DNA of 64,000 nucleotides, taken from NCBI GenBank assembly GCA_026390435.1, contig JAPLFY010000031.1, forward strand, positions 184,614-248,613. Direction: 5' to 3'. Within the stretch, counting starts at the first letter, position 1; every line of letters begins with the position of its first letter. This stretch comes from Pseudomonadota bacterium (lineage in GTDB: Bacteria; Bdellovibrionota_B; Oligoflexia; Oligoflexales; CAIYRB01). This document shows positions 40,280 through 48,476 of this stretch, piece after piece. The notes beneath the pieces are model-generated. The model was not told the origin of the DNA and did no database searches. It saw nothing but the letters and a program-made list of their open reading frames with translations. Position numbers and translations under genes: made by a program.

Positions 40280-40345
40280 AGGAACGGTTTTCCACTACAG
40301 TAAGGACGGCCTAACGTTGTCGCTTAATGGCCGATTAGGGAAGGA
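40120..40345 (+). ncRNA. putative TnpB omega RNA (reRNA) scaffold - predicted, extent uncertain
   Basis: Location inferred from characterised TnpB loci (3' end of tnpB through the right end). Nested stem-loop at 40190-40236 and hairpin at 40307-40333 read from the sequence. Confidence 0.3.
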
Positions 40346-40351
40346 TTTTCT

Positions 40352-40771
40352 ATGTTCGGGGTAGGCTTTTTTGAGCTAGTCATCATCGCTGTGGTAGCGC
40401 TGGTCGTAGTCGGGCCAAAGCGCCTACCGGAAGTCATGCGTCAGGCCGGGCGGATGTTTGTCCACCTGCGCCGTACAGCAAATGACGTGCGCTCGACCTT
40501 CGAACAGGTCATCCGAGACGCCGAGGACGACATGCGGCGCGAAGAGGCCCAGTCAATCCGCGAATCATTGCAGCCTGTTGTAGACGCGCGCAACGATGTC
40601 CATAAACTTCTCACAGACCAACACACTCCATCAGCAAGCAGTGGCGACATGACGCAGCCTGCGACTGAGCAACAACCGTCAGCAGCACCAGCGCCTGAAC
40701 TGCAACCGGATGGCGCAAAACCTTACAATCCGAATAACCCAGGCGAACAGAGCCCCAGTCAAAAAAGTTAA
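40352..40771 (+). CDS. tatB: twin-arginine translocase subunit TatB
   Basis: 139 aa. MFGVGFFELVIIAVVALVVVGPKRLPEV (the GPxRLP signature of TatB), followed by an amphipathic helix and an acidic/Pro tail. Confidence 0.8.
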   Translation: MFGVGFFELVIIAVVALVVVGPKRLPEVMRQAGRMFVHLRRTANDVRSTFEQVIRDAEDDMRREEAQSIRESLQPVVDARNDVHKLLTDQHTPSASSGDMTQPATEQQPSAAPAPELQPDGAKPYNPNNPGEQSPSQKS

Positions 40772-40776
40772 TAGCC

Positions 40777-42033
40777 GTGGATCAATTTCAGCTACGAGAT
40801 GGCAGCTACCACTGTGACTCATTGCCCCTCAATGACCTAGGCCAGTCCGTAGGCACGCCGGCCTACATATACTCGAAGCAGATGTTGGAGGAGCACTGCT
40901 CGGCTCTTCTTGACGCCTTCAAAAACTATCCGACAGATGCCTGCTTTGCCGTGAAGTCGCTAAGTAACCTATCCATACTCAAGACTATTTTTGCAGCTGG
41001 ACTAGGGGCCGATCTAGTGTCAGCAGGCGAGCTTCAAAGGGCTCTCCTAGCAGGCGCTCCGACCAATCGCATCGTCTTCTCCGGTGTCGGCAAGCAAGAG
41101 GATGAGGTGCGCCAAGCTTTAAAAGCTGGAATCCTCATGTTCAATGTCGAGTCCCCTTTTGAGATCGACATGATTGCTGGCTTAGCTGCCGCTGCCAACA
41201 AGACAGCGGCGATCAGCCTGCGGATCAATCCGAATATCGATGCCCAAACCAATGCAAAAATCACGACCGGTCTTTATTCAACCAAATTTGGCCTCACCGA
41301 AACCGACCTACCCGATCTCCTGAACCGAATCCGTAGTCAACCAAGCCTGCAACTGGTCGGCCTAGCCTGCCACATAGGTAGCCAAATACTGGATCTAGCG
41401 CCGCTGAAAGAGGCCGCTCAGCAGATGGCCTCCCTATCTAAACATGTAAGGGAGCTTGGCTTCGACCTCCGCTATCTAAACATGGGAGGGGGCCTAGGAA
41501 TCCGCTACAGCAACGAAGAGCCACCTAGCGTGACGAAGTATGCGGAGGCACTGATTCAAGGTGTGCGTCCAACCGGCCTGCGCCTCATCATTGAACCAGG
41601 ACGGTCACTTGTCGGTAATATTGGCGTATTGTTGACTCGAGTCATCAGCGTCAAAAAGACACCGGAACGACACTTTGTGGTGGTCGATGCCGCCATGAAC
41701 GATCTCATCAGACCCACACTCTATGAGTCTTACCATACGATCAGCGCAGTGAACGCCACGGCACCCAATGCACCAGCAGCGCTCTGCGATATTGTGGGGC
41801 CTATCTGTGAATCAGGGGACTTTCTGGGCAAAGATCGTCAGATGCCGCTTCCGGTGGCTGGCGAGCTGCTGATGGTCCGTGGCTGCGGAGCCTATGGGTC
41901 ATCAATGGCGTCTCAGTATAATAGCCGACCGCGCGCCCCTGAAGTTTTCGTCGACGGCGCCACGTTTCGCATCATTCGTCAGCGCGAGACACTAGAATCA
42001 CTATGGGCTAACGAACTTCCCGGCCTTCGTTGA
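40777..42033 (+). CDS. lysA: diaminopimelate decarboxylase
   Basis: 418 aa. PLP Lys in FAVKSLSN, plus GGGLGIRY, EPGRSLVGN and GPICESGD. Confidence 0.92.
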   Translation: MDQFQLRDGSYHCDSLPLNDLGQSVGTPAYIYSKQMLEEHCSALLDAFKNYPTDACFAVKSLSNLSILKTIFAAGLGADLVSAGELQRALLAGAPTNRIVFSGVGKQEDEVRQALKAGILMFNVESPFEIDMIAGLAAAANKTAAISLRINPNIDAQTNAKITTGLYSTKFGLTETDLPDLLNRIRSQPSLQLVGLACHIGSQILDLAPLKEAAQQMASLSKHVRELGFDLRYLNMGGGLGIRYSNEEPPSVTKYAEALIQGVRPTGLRLIIEPGRSLVGNIGVLLTRVISVKKTPERHFVVVDAAMNDLIRPTLYESYHTISAVNATAPNAPAALCDIVGPICESGDFLGKDRQMPLPVAGELLMVRGCGAYGSSMASQYNSRPRAPEVFVDGATFRIIRQRETLESLWANELPGLR

Positions 42034-42049
42034 GGGCCGTATTCTTCTC

Positions 42050-42085
42050 GGTAAAAAACAAGACGGGAGACTACTGTCTCCCGTC
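42050..42085 (-). terminator. intrinsic terminator of sodB
   Basis: Perfect 10-bp stem GACGGGAGAC/GTCTCCCGTC (42062-42071 / 42076-42085), 4-nt loop. On the minus strand it is followed by TTGTTTTTT. Confidence 0.8.
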
Positions 42086-42119
42086 ACTACTGATGCAAGA
42101 ATATCGGCTAACTCGCAGA

Positions 42120-42695
42120 TTAAAACTGCTTATTCACGAAGTCCCAGTTGACGATGTCCCACCAGCCATTGATGAAACGCGCACGGTCGTTCCGATAATC
42201 GATGTAATAGGCATGCTCCCAAACGTCGAGAGTCAGCAACGGCTTATGACCGCTGGTCAAAGGTGTCTCAGCATCTTTGGTCTTCTCAATTGCCAGGGTG
42301 CCATTTGCTAGCTGAGTCAACCAAACCCAACCTGAGCCGAACAGACCGACTGCAGCTTCAGAAAACTCAGCTTTGAATTTATCAAAGCTGCCCCATTGCT
42401 TGTCGATAGCATCTTTAGCCTTGCCACTGATCTTGGCGCCATGCGGTTTCAGGCTATGGAAGAAGAAAGTGTGATTCCAGACCTGTGCCGCGTTGTTGAA
42501 CGTGCCGCCAGATTTGGACGCCTTGATGATGTCTTCCAGCGACTTGTTCTCAAGATCAGTGCCGGCAACCAACTTGTTAAGGTTGTCGACGTAACGCTGA
42601 TGATGCTTGCCGTAGTGATACTCTAGGGTCTCGCGTGACATCACTGGAGCCAGAGCATCTAAAGCATAAGGTAATTCAGGTAGTTTAAACGTCAT
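42120..42695 (-). CDS. sodB: Fe superoxide dismutase
   Basis: MTFKLPELPYALDALAPVMSRETLEYHYGKHHQRYV and DVWEHAYYIDYRNDR, close to E. coli SodB by eye. Confidence 0.92.
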   Translation of the reverse strand: MTFKLPELPYALDALAPVMSRETLEYHYGKHHQRYVDNLNKLVAGTDLENKSLEDIIKASKSGGTFNNAAQVWNHTFFFHSLKPHGAKISGKAKDAIDKQWGSFDKFKAEFSEAAVGLFGSGWVWLTQLANGTLAIEKTKDAETPLTSGHKPLLTLDVWEHAYYIDYRNDRARFINGWWDIVNWDFVNKQF

Positions 42696-42739
42696 GAGTA
42701 TTCCTTTTTATGAAAGTCAACCGCCTCGGGGTCAGAAGC

Positions 42740-43207
42740 TCACTCTTTACCCCAAACACGGATTTTCTTAACCAAAGCAAGCACTTCTTCGGGACTTAGA
42801 ATCGAACCCCAGGCCGACATCGAGGCGCTCAAACCGACCGATTGTCCACCGTAGGTGATGACTTTCACAATGTGGGCATCATCAACTCTGGCCTGCCAAT
42901 CTTTGTCGTGGAGATTACGCGGCTTAGGATTGAGAGCCAATCCACCAGCTCCGTCGCCATAGCCCTTGGCTCCGTGACAGTTTGCACAGATGGTGGCGTA
43001 GCGCTCATCAGGATCAATAACCTTTGCACCGCCGGTTACCGGGATCTCACCGGTCTCCGTTAAATTCGCTGCCGGCTGCACGGACTGCTTCCATTCCGTG
43101 GCAAATTTCGCATTATTTTTGCTCGGGTCATACTGTTCCAAACATGACGCCAGGAACATCGCCAAACTTGCCGTCAACCACCATCCCAGACTGCGGTTCA
43201 AACGCAT
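42740..43207 (-). CDS. lipoprotein monohaem c-type cytochrome
   Basis: 155 aa. Lipobox FLASC. Single CANCH haem site. Distal Met candidate in SASMSAW. GGAG SD. Confidence 0.75.
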   Translation of the reverse strand: MRLNRSLGWWLTASLAMFLASCLEQYDPSKNNAKFATEWKQSVQPAANLTETGEIPVTGGAKVIDPDERYATICANCHGAKGYGDGAGGLALNPKPRNLHDKDWQARVDDAHIVKVITYGGQSVGLSASMSAWGSILSPEEVLALVKKIRVWGKE

Positions 43208-43265
43208 CTCTACTCCAAATTGTGAAATCTAACCAATGGCCCCCTCATCGTAGCAGAGAGACAGA

Positions 43266-44630
43266 TCACTGCCAACGGTAAGCCAAGCGAGCATTAAACA
43301 GGGAGAAGTCCTTGTCGGCCCGACCGTTGGCTCCAGCAAAATAGAAGTGGGCGTAGTTCTCGTCGTAACTAGCCGTATAGTATTCCAAAGTCAATTGCAG
43401 GTCTGGCGCCAAAGTCGCGCCGACACCTGCTGTCCATGCGGCCTGATTCAACTGATTCTGTCCACCAGCGACATCGCCAAGACACTGGTTATCCACATCA
43501 CTTTCACAGACCTTAAATGTGCCAGAACCATTGGTACTCAGGCGTCGTGTCGTATAATCAGCCGCCAGAAATAGGCCGCTGCTAAAGCGGTACTTAAGAC
43601 TGGCATCAACGATGGTCCGGCGCCAAGAACCCAGCACTCCGGATTGCTGAATAAACGCTAGATCCGGATCTAGCTGGCAACGGCTTTCCTCCAACTGGCT
43701 TACTGTCGGGTCACCAGACATATTGATAGCCAAGTCCTTAGTGGTGGTTCCCTGCCAAGCTAGCCCAACTTTAAACCCGTCCAGTCCAACGATGCCGCCG
43801 TCCGCCACTACACCCGCAGCCAAACGCCGCGTGGAATGCCCATGAGGCGACGACGCATTATTCACTGTCACGTCACAATCAGCTTGAACTCTTTTCCTGG
43901 TATAAATGGACTCCTCGCTCCCGGCATCGTTGCCATTTGCGGAAGCTCCCAGTAGCAAGCTTATATACCTCTCAATGGTCATGCGTGCCTGTAAACCAAA
44001 ATACTGCTGCGGTGTCACAGCGCGCAAAGTCTGCCCCTCACCGTTACCGGCTACTAACGTGACATTTAAGGGCATTGGGACATTTAAAGTGTAGTCTAGA
44101 GTCAGTGCTGTTTGCTTCCAACCGGCGTCCATGAATTGATTGCCAAGTGCAAGATCACTTACAGACTGTGGCAAGGCCGCACCATCGAAGCTTTGGATGG
44201 CAAGATCAAGACTTGGACGAGCCGTCCACACCACTTTAAACTGATCGACGATACCAAGCGCAGTGTCACTAGTGGTCGGCAACTGCGTGCGCAAGGGCGA
44301 CGCTGCCCGCGATGATCGAGGGGTAGAAAATGGATCCAAGCGTAAAGAGGCGCGAAGATTTGGCGCGGCCTGCTCACTTAGTGTCAAACGCAGCCCAGAG
44401 ATGCTAATGCAGTTTTGCGCCGCACCACTACTTGCATTGAAATCATGCATGCAATCAAAACGCATACCCAGTGCCAAAGGCGGCGAGGTCAGGCCCGTTG
44501 ATGCTCCTGATGCAGCCACTGACTCAGATCCTGGGCCGTCTATAAACTTTGAGGGTTCGGCATAGGCGCTAGCGCTAAGTGCAAACCAGTATAGGTTGGG
44601 CAGCAACAAGCACGTCGATTTCCATTTCAT
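43266..44630 (-). CDS. outer-membrane beta-barrel (porin-like) protein, paralogue 1
   Basis: The ORF track extends to 44666. ATG 44630 has a GAGGTGG SD and gives signal peptide MKWKSTCLLLPNLYWFALSASAYA. Ends ARLAYRWQ. Confidence 0.6.
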   Translation of the reverse strand: MKWKSTCLLLPNLYWFALSASAYAEPSKFIDGPGSESVAASGASTGLTSPPLALGMRFDCMHDFNASSGAAQNCISISGLRLTLSEQAAPNLRASLRLDPFSTPRSSRAASPLRTQLPTTSDTALGIVDQFKVVWTARPSLDLAIQSFDGAALPQSVSDLALGNQFMDAGWKQTALTLDYTLNVPMPLNVTLVAGNGEGQTLRAVTPQQYFGLQARMTIERYISLLLGASANGNDAGSEESIYTRKRVQADCDVTVNNASSPHGHSTRRLAAGVVADGGIVGLDGFKVGLAWQGTTTKDLAINMSGDPTVSQLEESRCQLDPDLAFIQQSGVLGSWRRTIVDASLKYRFSSGLFLAADYTTRRLSTNGSGTFKVCESDVDNQCLGDVAGGQNQLNQAAWTAGVGATLAPDLQLTLEYYTASYDENYAHFYFAGANGRADKDFSLFNARLAYRWQ

Positions 44631-44662
44631 AAATCCACCTCTAGAAAATTCATCTCGACACA

Positions 44663-45988
44663 TCACGCATTGCTATTGAAGCGGTAGGCTACTTCAAAGC
44701 CCACACGGTGTATCGTGGACTTTGATCCGTCTGCATCCTGAAAACCACCAACTTTCTGGGTACCTGATCGCAACGTTCGATACTCTCGCGATAGTAAGAA
44801 TTGTAGCGATAGATTACGACCGACATCATGCAGCAATCCGCCCTCAATCTGATGGCCCTGAAGCCAAACTGTGTTGGTCCGCTCGGAACTGTAGACCGCC
44901 CACCGCGAATTATTCCCGAGATTGATGCCAAAAATGGCTGCAAAGTTATCATTAATCGAAGTTGCAGCCTTCAGGGCTCCACTGATCAACCTCTGATTGG
45001 CCACCGGCCGCCGGCCGTGCGTTTGTTCATACCTAGTGTCTAAAGTAATGCTGTTGCGATGACCGGCGACAACAAAAATGGTCTCACCCGTCAGCTGACC
45101 AAATACAGATTCGTAACCACCAGCAGTGTCCGCTGAATCCAAATATCCCGCCATAAGCCCCAGCTTCAACTCCGGCTGCCAACGCCAACTAAGCACCAGG
45201 GCTCCGCCCTGATTCGCATCACGAGCTGTGGGAGCCGTATCGAACGAGCCATGATGTTGATTCTGACCCTCAGCGCGGTCTTGATCGCCAAGAAACGCGT
45301 AAAAACGGACGCCAAAGGCAGCGGGAGAGGCACTTGCTGTCGCATCGACGGCCGTGTCAAGAGCTGCACCAGGAGGTTGCCAATTGACCATAATTCCGGC
45401 GAATTTTGCTGGAAAAATGACATTTAATCCGAACCCAAGTAGCTCCGGATAGGCCGATGAGTGGGCACCAAAGTTCTCCCAGACTCCCGCGCCGACGATT
45501 AGGCCGGTACCAACCCGGTAGGTTAATTGATACGCGTCGAGAAGCCGGATCGTCGGGAGCGGCTTCATGCCGGGATCGCCACTACGGGCGTCGAATTCTC
45601 TCGGTGTCATGAGATCGCCATTCTCCATCTGACGATTCACTGCATCGGGACGCAAAACTACCCTTAAATTTGTACTGGTCGCCGCGTACCAGTCCAGCCC
45701 AATGCGCAAATGACGCAAACCTAGGGTCCGCGGCTGAAACACCCCATCTTGCCCAGTGCTTTGGGTCTCCCCCCCGGAAAGGGGTGGCAGGGCCGCTCGC
45801 ACGGGCAATTGCTGATAGGCATCGATATAAGTCAGTGCAGCATCGACATCATAGTTGAGCTGAACCGCCTCACTGACCAAAGTCGATCTTAGTACAGCAG
45901 CCCCGGCCGAGCGTGATCCGGTGATTAGCATCAACCCAACGAGAGTACTGCTAATACAAAGTTGACCCGATCTTATTCTCATTTCCAT
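44663..45988 (-). CDS. outer-membrane beta-barrel (porin-like) protein, paralogue 2
   Basis: 441 aa. Signal peptide. Shares LR..L...NLR..LR.D and AYR[FW] motifs with the downstream barrel. Confidence 0.6.
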   Translation of the reverse strand: MEMRIRSGQLCISSTLVGLMLITGSRSAGAAVLRSTLVSEAVQLNYDVDAALTYIDAYQQLPVRAALPPLSGGETQSTGQDGVFQPRTLGLRHLRIGLDWYAATSTNLRVVLRPDAVNRQMENGDLMTPREFDARSGDPGMKPLPTIRLLDAYQLTYRVGTGLIVGAGVWENFGAHSSAYPELLGFGLNVIFPAKFAGIMVNWQPPGAALDTAVDATASASPAAFGVRFYAFLGDQDRAEGQNQHHGSFDTAPTARDANQGGALVLSWRWQPELKLGLMAGYLDSADTAGGYESVFGQLTGETIFVVAGHRNSITLDTRYEQTHGRRPVANQRLISGALKAATSINDNFAAIFGINLGNNSRWAVYSSERTNTVWLQGHQIEGGLLHDVGRNLSLQFLLSREYRTLRSGTQKVGGFQDADGSKSTIHRVGFEVAYRFNSNA

Positions 45989-46236
45989 CCCAACCCCATC
46001 CAGTCAGAGCGTCGGTTTTTTGGCGCTAACGCCAGATCTTTGACGTGCCCCAGCCGTCAAAAACATGACGGCACAATTGGTTGTTTAGCCAAAGAGTCTA
46101 CGAAACTTAAGTGAATCCACATAATGCCCAAACCGCGGGTATTTGACACTGTTATTGCATACCCTTTAGACGCTAACCCTTGTTGTACAGCCCTGTGGGA
46201 AGAAAATGCACAGCCAAAGTAAGGGCTGTGAAAGTC

Positions 46237-46251
46237 TGGCACGACTTTTGA
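46237..46251 (+). promoter_or_regulatory. candidate sigma-54 promoter for the fliL operon
   Basis: TGGCAC-GACTT-TTGA versus consensus TGGCAC-N5-TTGC. Lies ~23 nt upstream of the fliL ATG, with an AGAGGA SD in between. Confidence 0.5.
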
Positions 46252-46273
46252 AGTAGAGACGCCAAGAGGACCT

Positions 46274-46999
46274 ATGTCAAAAGCAGAAAAAAAAGACGAA
46301 GGCGCAGCCGCTAAACCGGAATTGACTCCGGAGGAAGAGGCCGCAAAGGCAAAAAAGAAGAAGCTGCTGATCATCATCATCGGCGGCGTTCTCGGCCTAT
46401 TCGGGGTCGGCGGTGGACTGGGATACTTCCTGGCCAGCGGGAGCTCCGCCAAAGCTAACGCTGAAAAAAGTGACGAGCACGGCGAAGAAGAACACGAGAA
46501 ATCAGCCGAGGGCCACGGCGAGAAAAAAGAAGAGCACGGCGAGAAAAAAGAAGAACACGGCGGGAAAAAAGAAGAGCACGGCGGGAAAAAAGAAGAACAC
46601 GGCGAGAAAAAAGAAGAGCACGGAGGCGGCCACGGCGAAGCGCCCAAGGCAGAAGAGAAAAAAGACCCCAAAACCAGCAAACTCGAGGGCGTCGACTTTG
46701 GCTGCACAGTACCAATCCCAGCATTCCACTTGAATTTGGGTAATCCTCTTGAAAATCATTATCTTCGGCTCGAGATCGCAGTCGAATATGACTGTGAAGC
46801 AATCACGCGGGCTGAATTTGATAAACGCCTCCCCCAGCTGCGCGATGCTGCCATTGCTGTCACCAGTCGCAAATCAAGAGAATTTCTGCTGGGGCCGGAT
46901 GGCAAAACGCAGCTACGGAAAGAGATCTTTAACCGCCTCAATCAGTATATGAACCACAAAGTCGACGACATCTACATCACAGATATCCTCATCGAGTGA
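46274..46999 (+). CDS. fliL: flagellar basal-body-associated protein FliL with His-rich repeat insert
   Basis: 241 aa. Lys-rich N-terminus, one TM (LLIIIIGGVLGLFGVGG). C-terminal FliL domain (FHLNLGNP..YLRLEIAVEY...ITDILIE). Precedes fliM. Confidence 0.8.
   Translation: MSKAEKKDEGAAAKPELTPEEEAAKAKKKKLLIIIIGGVLGLFGVGGGLGYFLASGSSAKANAEKSDEHGEEEHEKSAEGHGEKKEEHGEKKEEHGGKKEEHGGKKEEHGEKKEEHGGGHGEAPKAEEKKDPKTSKLEGVDFGCTVPIPAFHLNLGNPLENHYLRLEIAVEYDCEAITRAEFDKRLPQLRDAAIAVTSRKSREFLLGPDGKTQLRKEIFNRLNQYMNHKVDDIYITDILIE
46514..46618 (+). repeat. five tandem 21-bp repeats (CACGGCGRGAAAAAAGAAGAR) encoding HG[EG]KKEE heptads
   Basis: Units at 46514, 46535, 46556, 46577 and 46598. Degenerate copies flank them (about 46472-46640). 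Confidence 0.95.
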
Positions 47000-47022
47000 T
47001 CTAAAACTTCTGCAGGTAATAA

Positions 47023-48000
47023 ATGAATCAAGTACTCTCGCAAAACGAGGTAGATGCGCTCCTATCGGCCGTTTCGGACAACCGGATCGACGCTGAGGAC
47101 AGTAGCAGTAACGATGCGAAGCAAGGTATCGTTCATTACGACCTGGCTAATCAGGACCGCATCATTCGCGGCAGAATGCCAACGCTGGACATTATCCATG
47201 ACCGATTTATTCGTTTATTTCGCGTCACACTATCGAATGCGCTTCGAAAAATAGCCAACCTAAGCGTGAACTCCACGGGGCCGCTAAAGTTCAGCGAATT
47301 CATGAATTCTTTACCGCTGCCATCGTGCCTAAATATTCTGCGGCTAGATCCACTGCGTGGCGCTGCGGTTTTGGTTATTGAATCCAAGCTGCTTTACGCT
47401 TTAGTCGACAGCTTCTTCGGTGGCAGTGACGTACCCTACACCAAAATTGAAGGCAAAGACTTTACCCAAATTGAAATCAAAATTGCACGCCGAATTGTGC
47501 TTGCTGCAATCGATGACTACGAAAAAGCGTGGGAGCCTGTGTATCCGCTAAAAGTCGGCTATAGCCGTACCGAAATCAATCCACAGTTTGTCGCCGTGGT
47601 GCCACCTTCCGACGTCGTTATCGCTACAACATTTGATGTCGAACTAGAGAAGGTTTCGGGAACTATCAAAGTTGTCATCCCTTACGCAACCCTAGAGCCA
47701 ATTAAGTCGAAATTATCTGTCGGCTTCCAAAGTGAACAACTTGAAGTCGACTTCATTTGGATTAACCGCATTAAAGAACAGATCATGGGCACGTCGGCCA
47801 ATATCAACGTCAAACTTGGCGATGCTGAAATAGCGATGCGTGATCTGATGGAGCTTCAGGCTGGAGATATTATCCAACTAAATACTGACGCCACTAGCCC
47901 CCTAGACATTTTAGTCGAAGGGGTACCGAAGTTCCGCGGCATCCCGGGGCTACTGCGGGGCAACCGCGCCCTTCGCATCGTCGAATCTCTCACTGAATAA
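47023..48000 (+). CDS. fliM: flagellar motor switch protein FliM
   Basis: 325 aa. N-terminal CheY-P binding motif LSQNEVDALLS. C-terminal SpoA domain. Confidence 0.9.
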   Translation: MNQVLSQNEVDALLSAVSDNRIDAEDSSSNDAKQGIVHYDLANQDRIIRGRMPTLDIIHDRFIRLFRVTLSNALRKIANLSVNSTGPLKFSEFMNSLPLPSCLNILRLDPLRGAAVLVIESKLLYALVDSFFGGSDVPYTKIEGKDFTQIEIKIARRIVLAAIDDYEKAWEPVYPLKVGYSRTEINPQFVAVVPPSDVVIATTFDVELEKVSGTIKVVIPYATLEPIKSKLSVGFQSEQLEVDFIWINRIKEQIMGTSANINVKLGDAEIAMRDLMELQAGDIIQLNTDATSPLDILVEGVPKFRGIPGLLRGNRALRIVESLTE

Positions 48001-48039
48001 AATTTAAAGCCAAAATAAATTTGCATTTAGGAGTACACC

Positions 48040-48456
48040 ATGGCCAACGATGGCGGCGGGATGAGCGCAGAAGATTTCGGTCTTGGTACTGACTTCGAGG
48101 AAGCACTATCGGAGGCTAGCGGCGACGCTAAAAAGAGTGAAGCAAGTGCTCCCGAAGAGGGGCGCAGCTCCCGCACCGACTTCTCAAAATTGAAAATGAT
48201 CCTCGACATTCCTCTGAAGGTCTCGGTCGAGCTCGGCCGAACAAAAATGCTCGTCAATGACTTACTGCAACTAGGTCAGGGCTCGGTCATTGAGCTCGAC
48301 AAGATTGCAGGTGAGCCAATGGAAATCCTCATCAACGATAAGTTGGTCGCGATGGGCGAAGTTGTCGTAGTGAATGAAAAATTTGGCGTACGTCTCACCG
48401 ATGTTGTCTCGCAATTTGGCTTGGGCGACATTTCGAATCTTGAAAAAGCTGGCTGA
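48040..48456 (+). CDS. fliN: flagellar motor switch protein FliN
   Basis: 138 aa. SpoA domain [33 protein letters not shown]. Confidence 0.9.
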   Translation: MANDGGGMSAEDFGLGTDFEEALSEASGDAKKSEASAPEEGRSSRTDFSKLKMILDIPLKVSVELGRTKMLVNDLLQLGQGSVIELDKIAGEPMEILINDKLVAMGEVVVVNEKFGVRLTDVVSQFGLGDISNLEKAG

Positions 48457-48476
48457 AAAACGAGAGGTACTTCACT

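Larger units (their letters stand above)
38400..40345 (+). mobile_element. IS607-family insertion sequence (tnpA serine recombinase + tnpB); ends approximate (+/- ~40 bp)
   Basis: Two-gene tnpA/tnpB unit with a 4-nt overlap. AT-rich left end with subterminal repeats. 9-bp inverted repeat TATAGTCAT (38467-38475) / ATGACTATA (40266-40274). Flanked by core genes xthA and tatB. Confidence 0.85.

Noticed and set aside
46057-46707. 216-aa minus-strand ORF antisense to fliL (SSFFSPCSSFF... repeats)
   Set aside because: It is a low-complexity mirror image of the fliL 21-bp repeat array. It has no plausible start context, while the plus-strand frame has a clear FliL domain.
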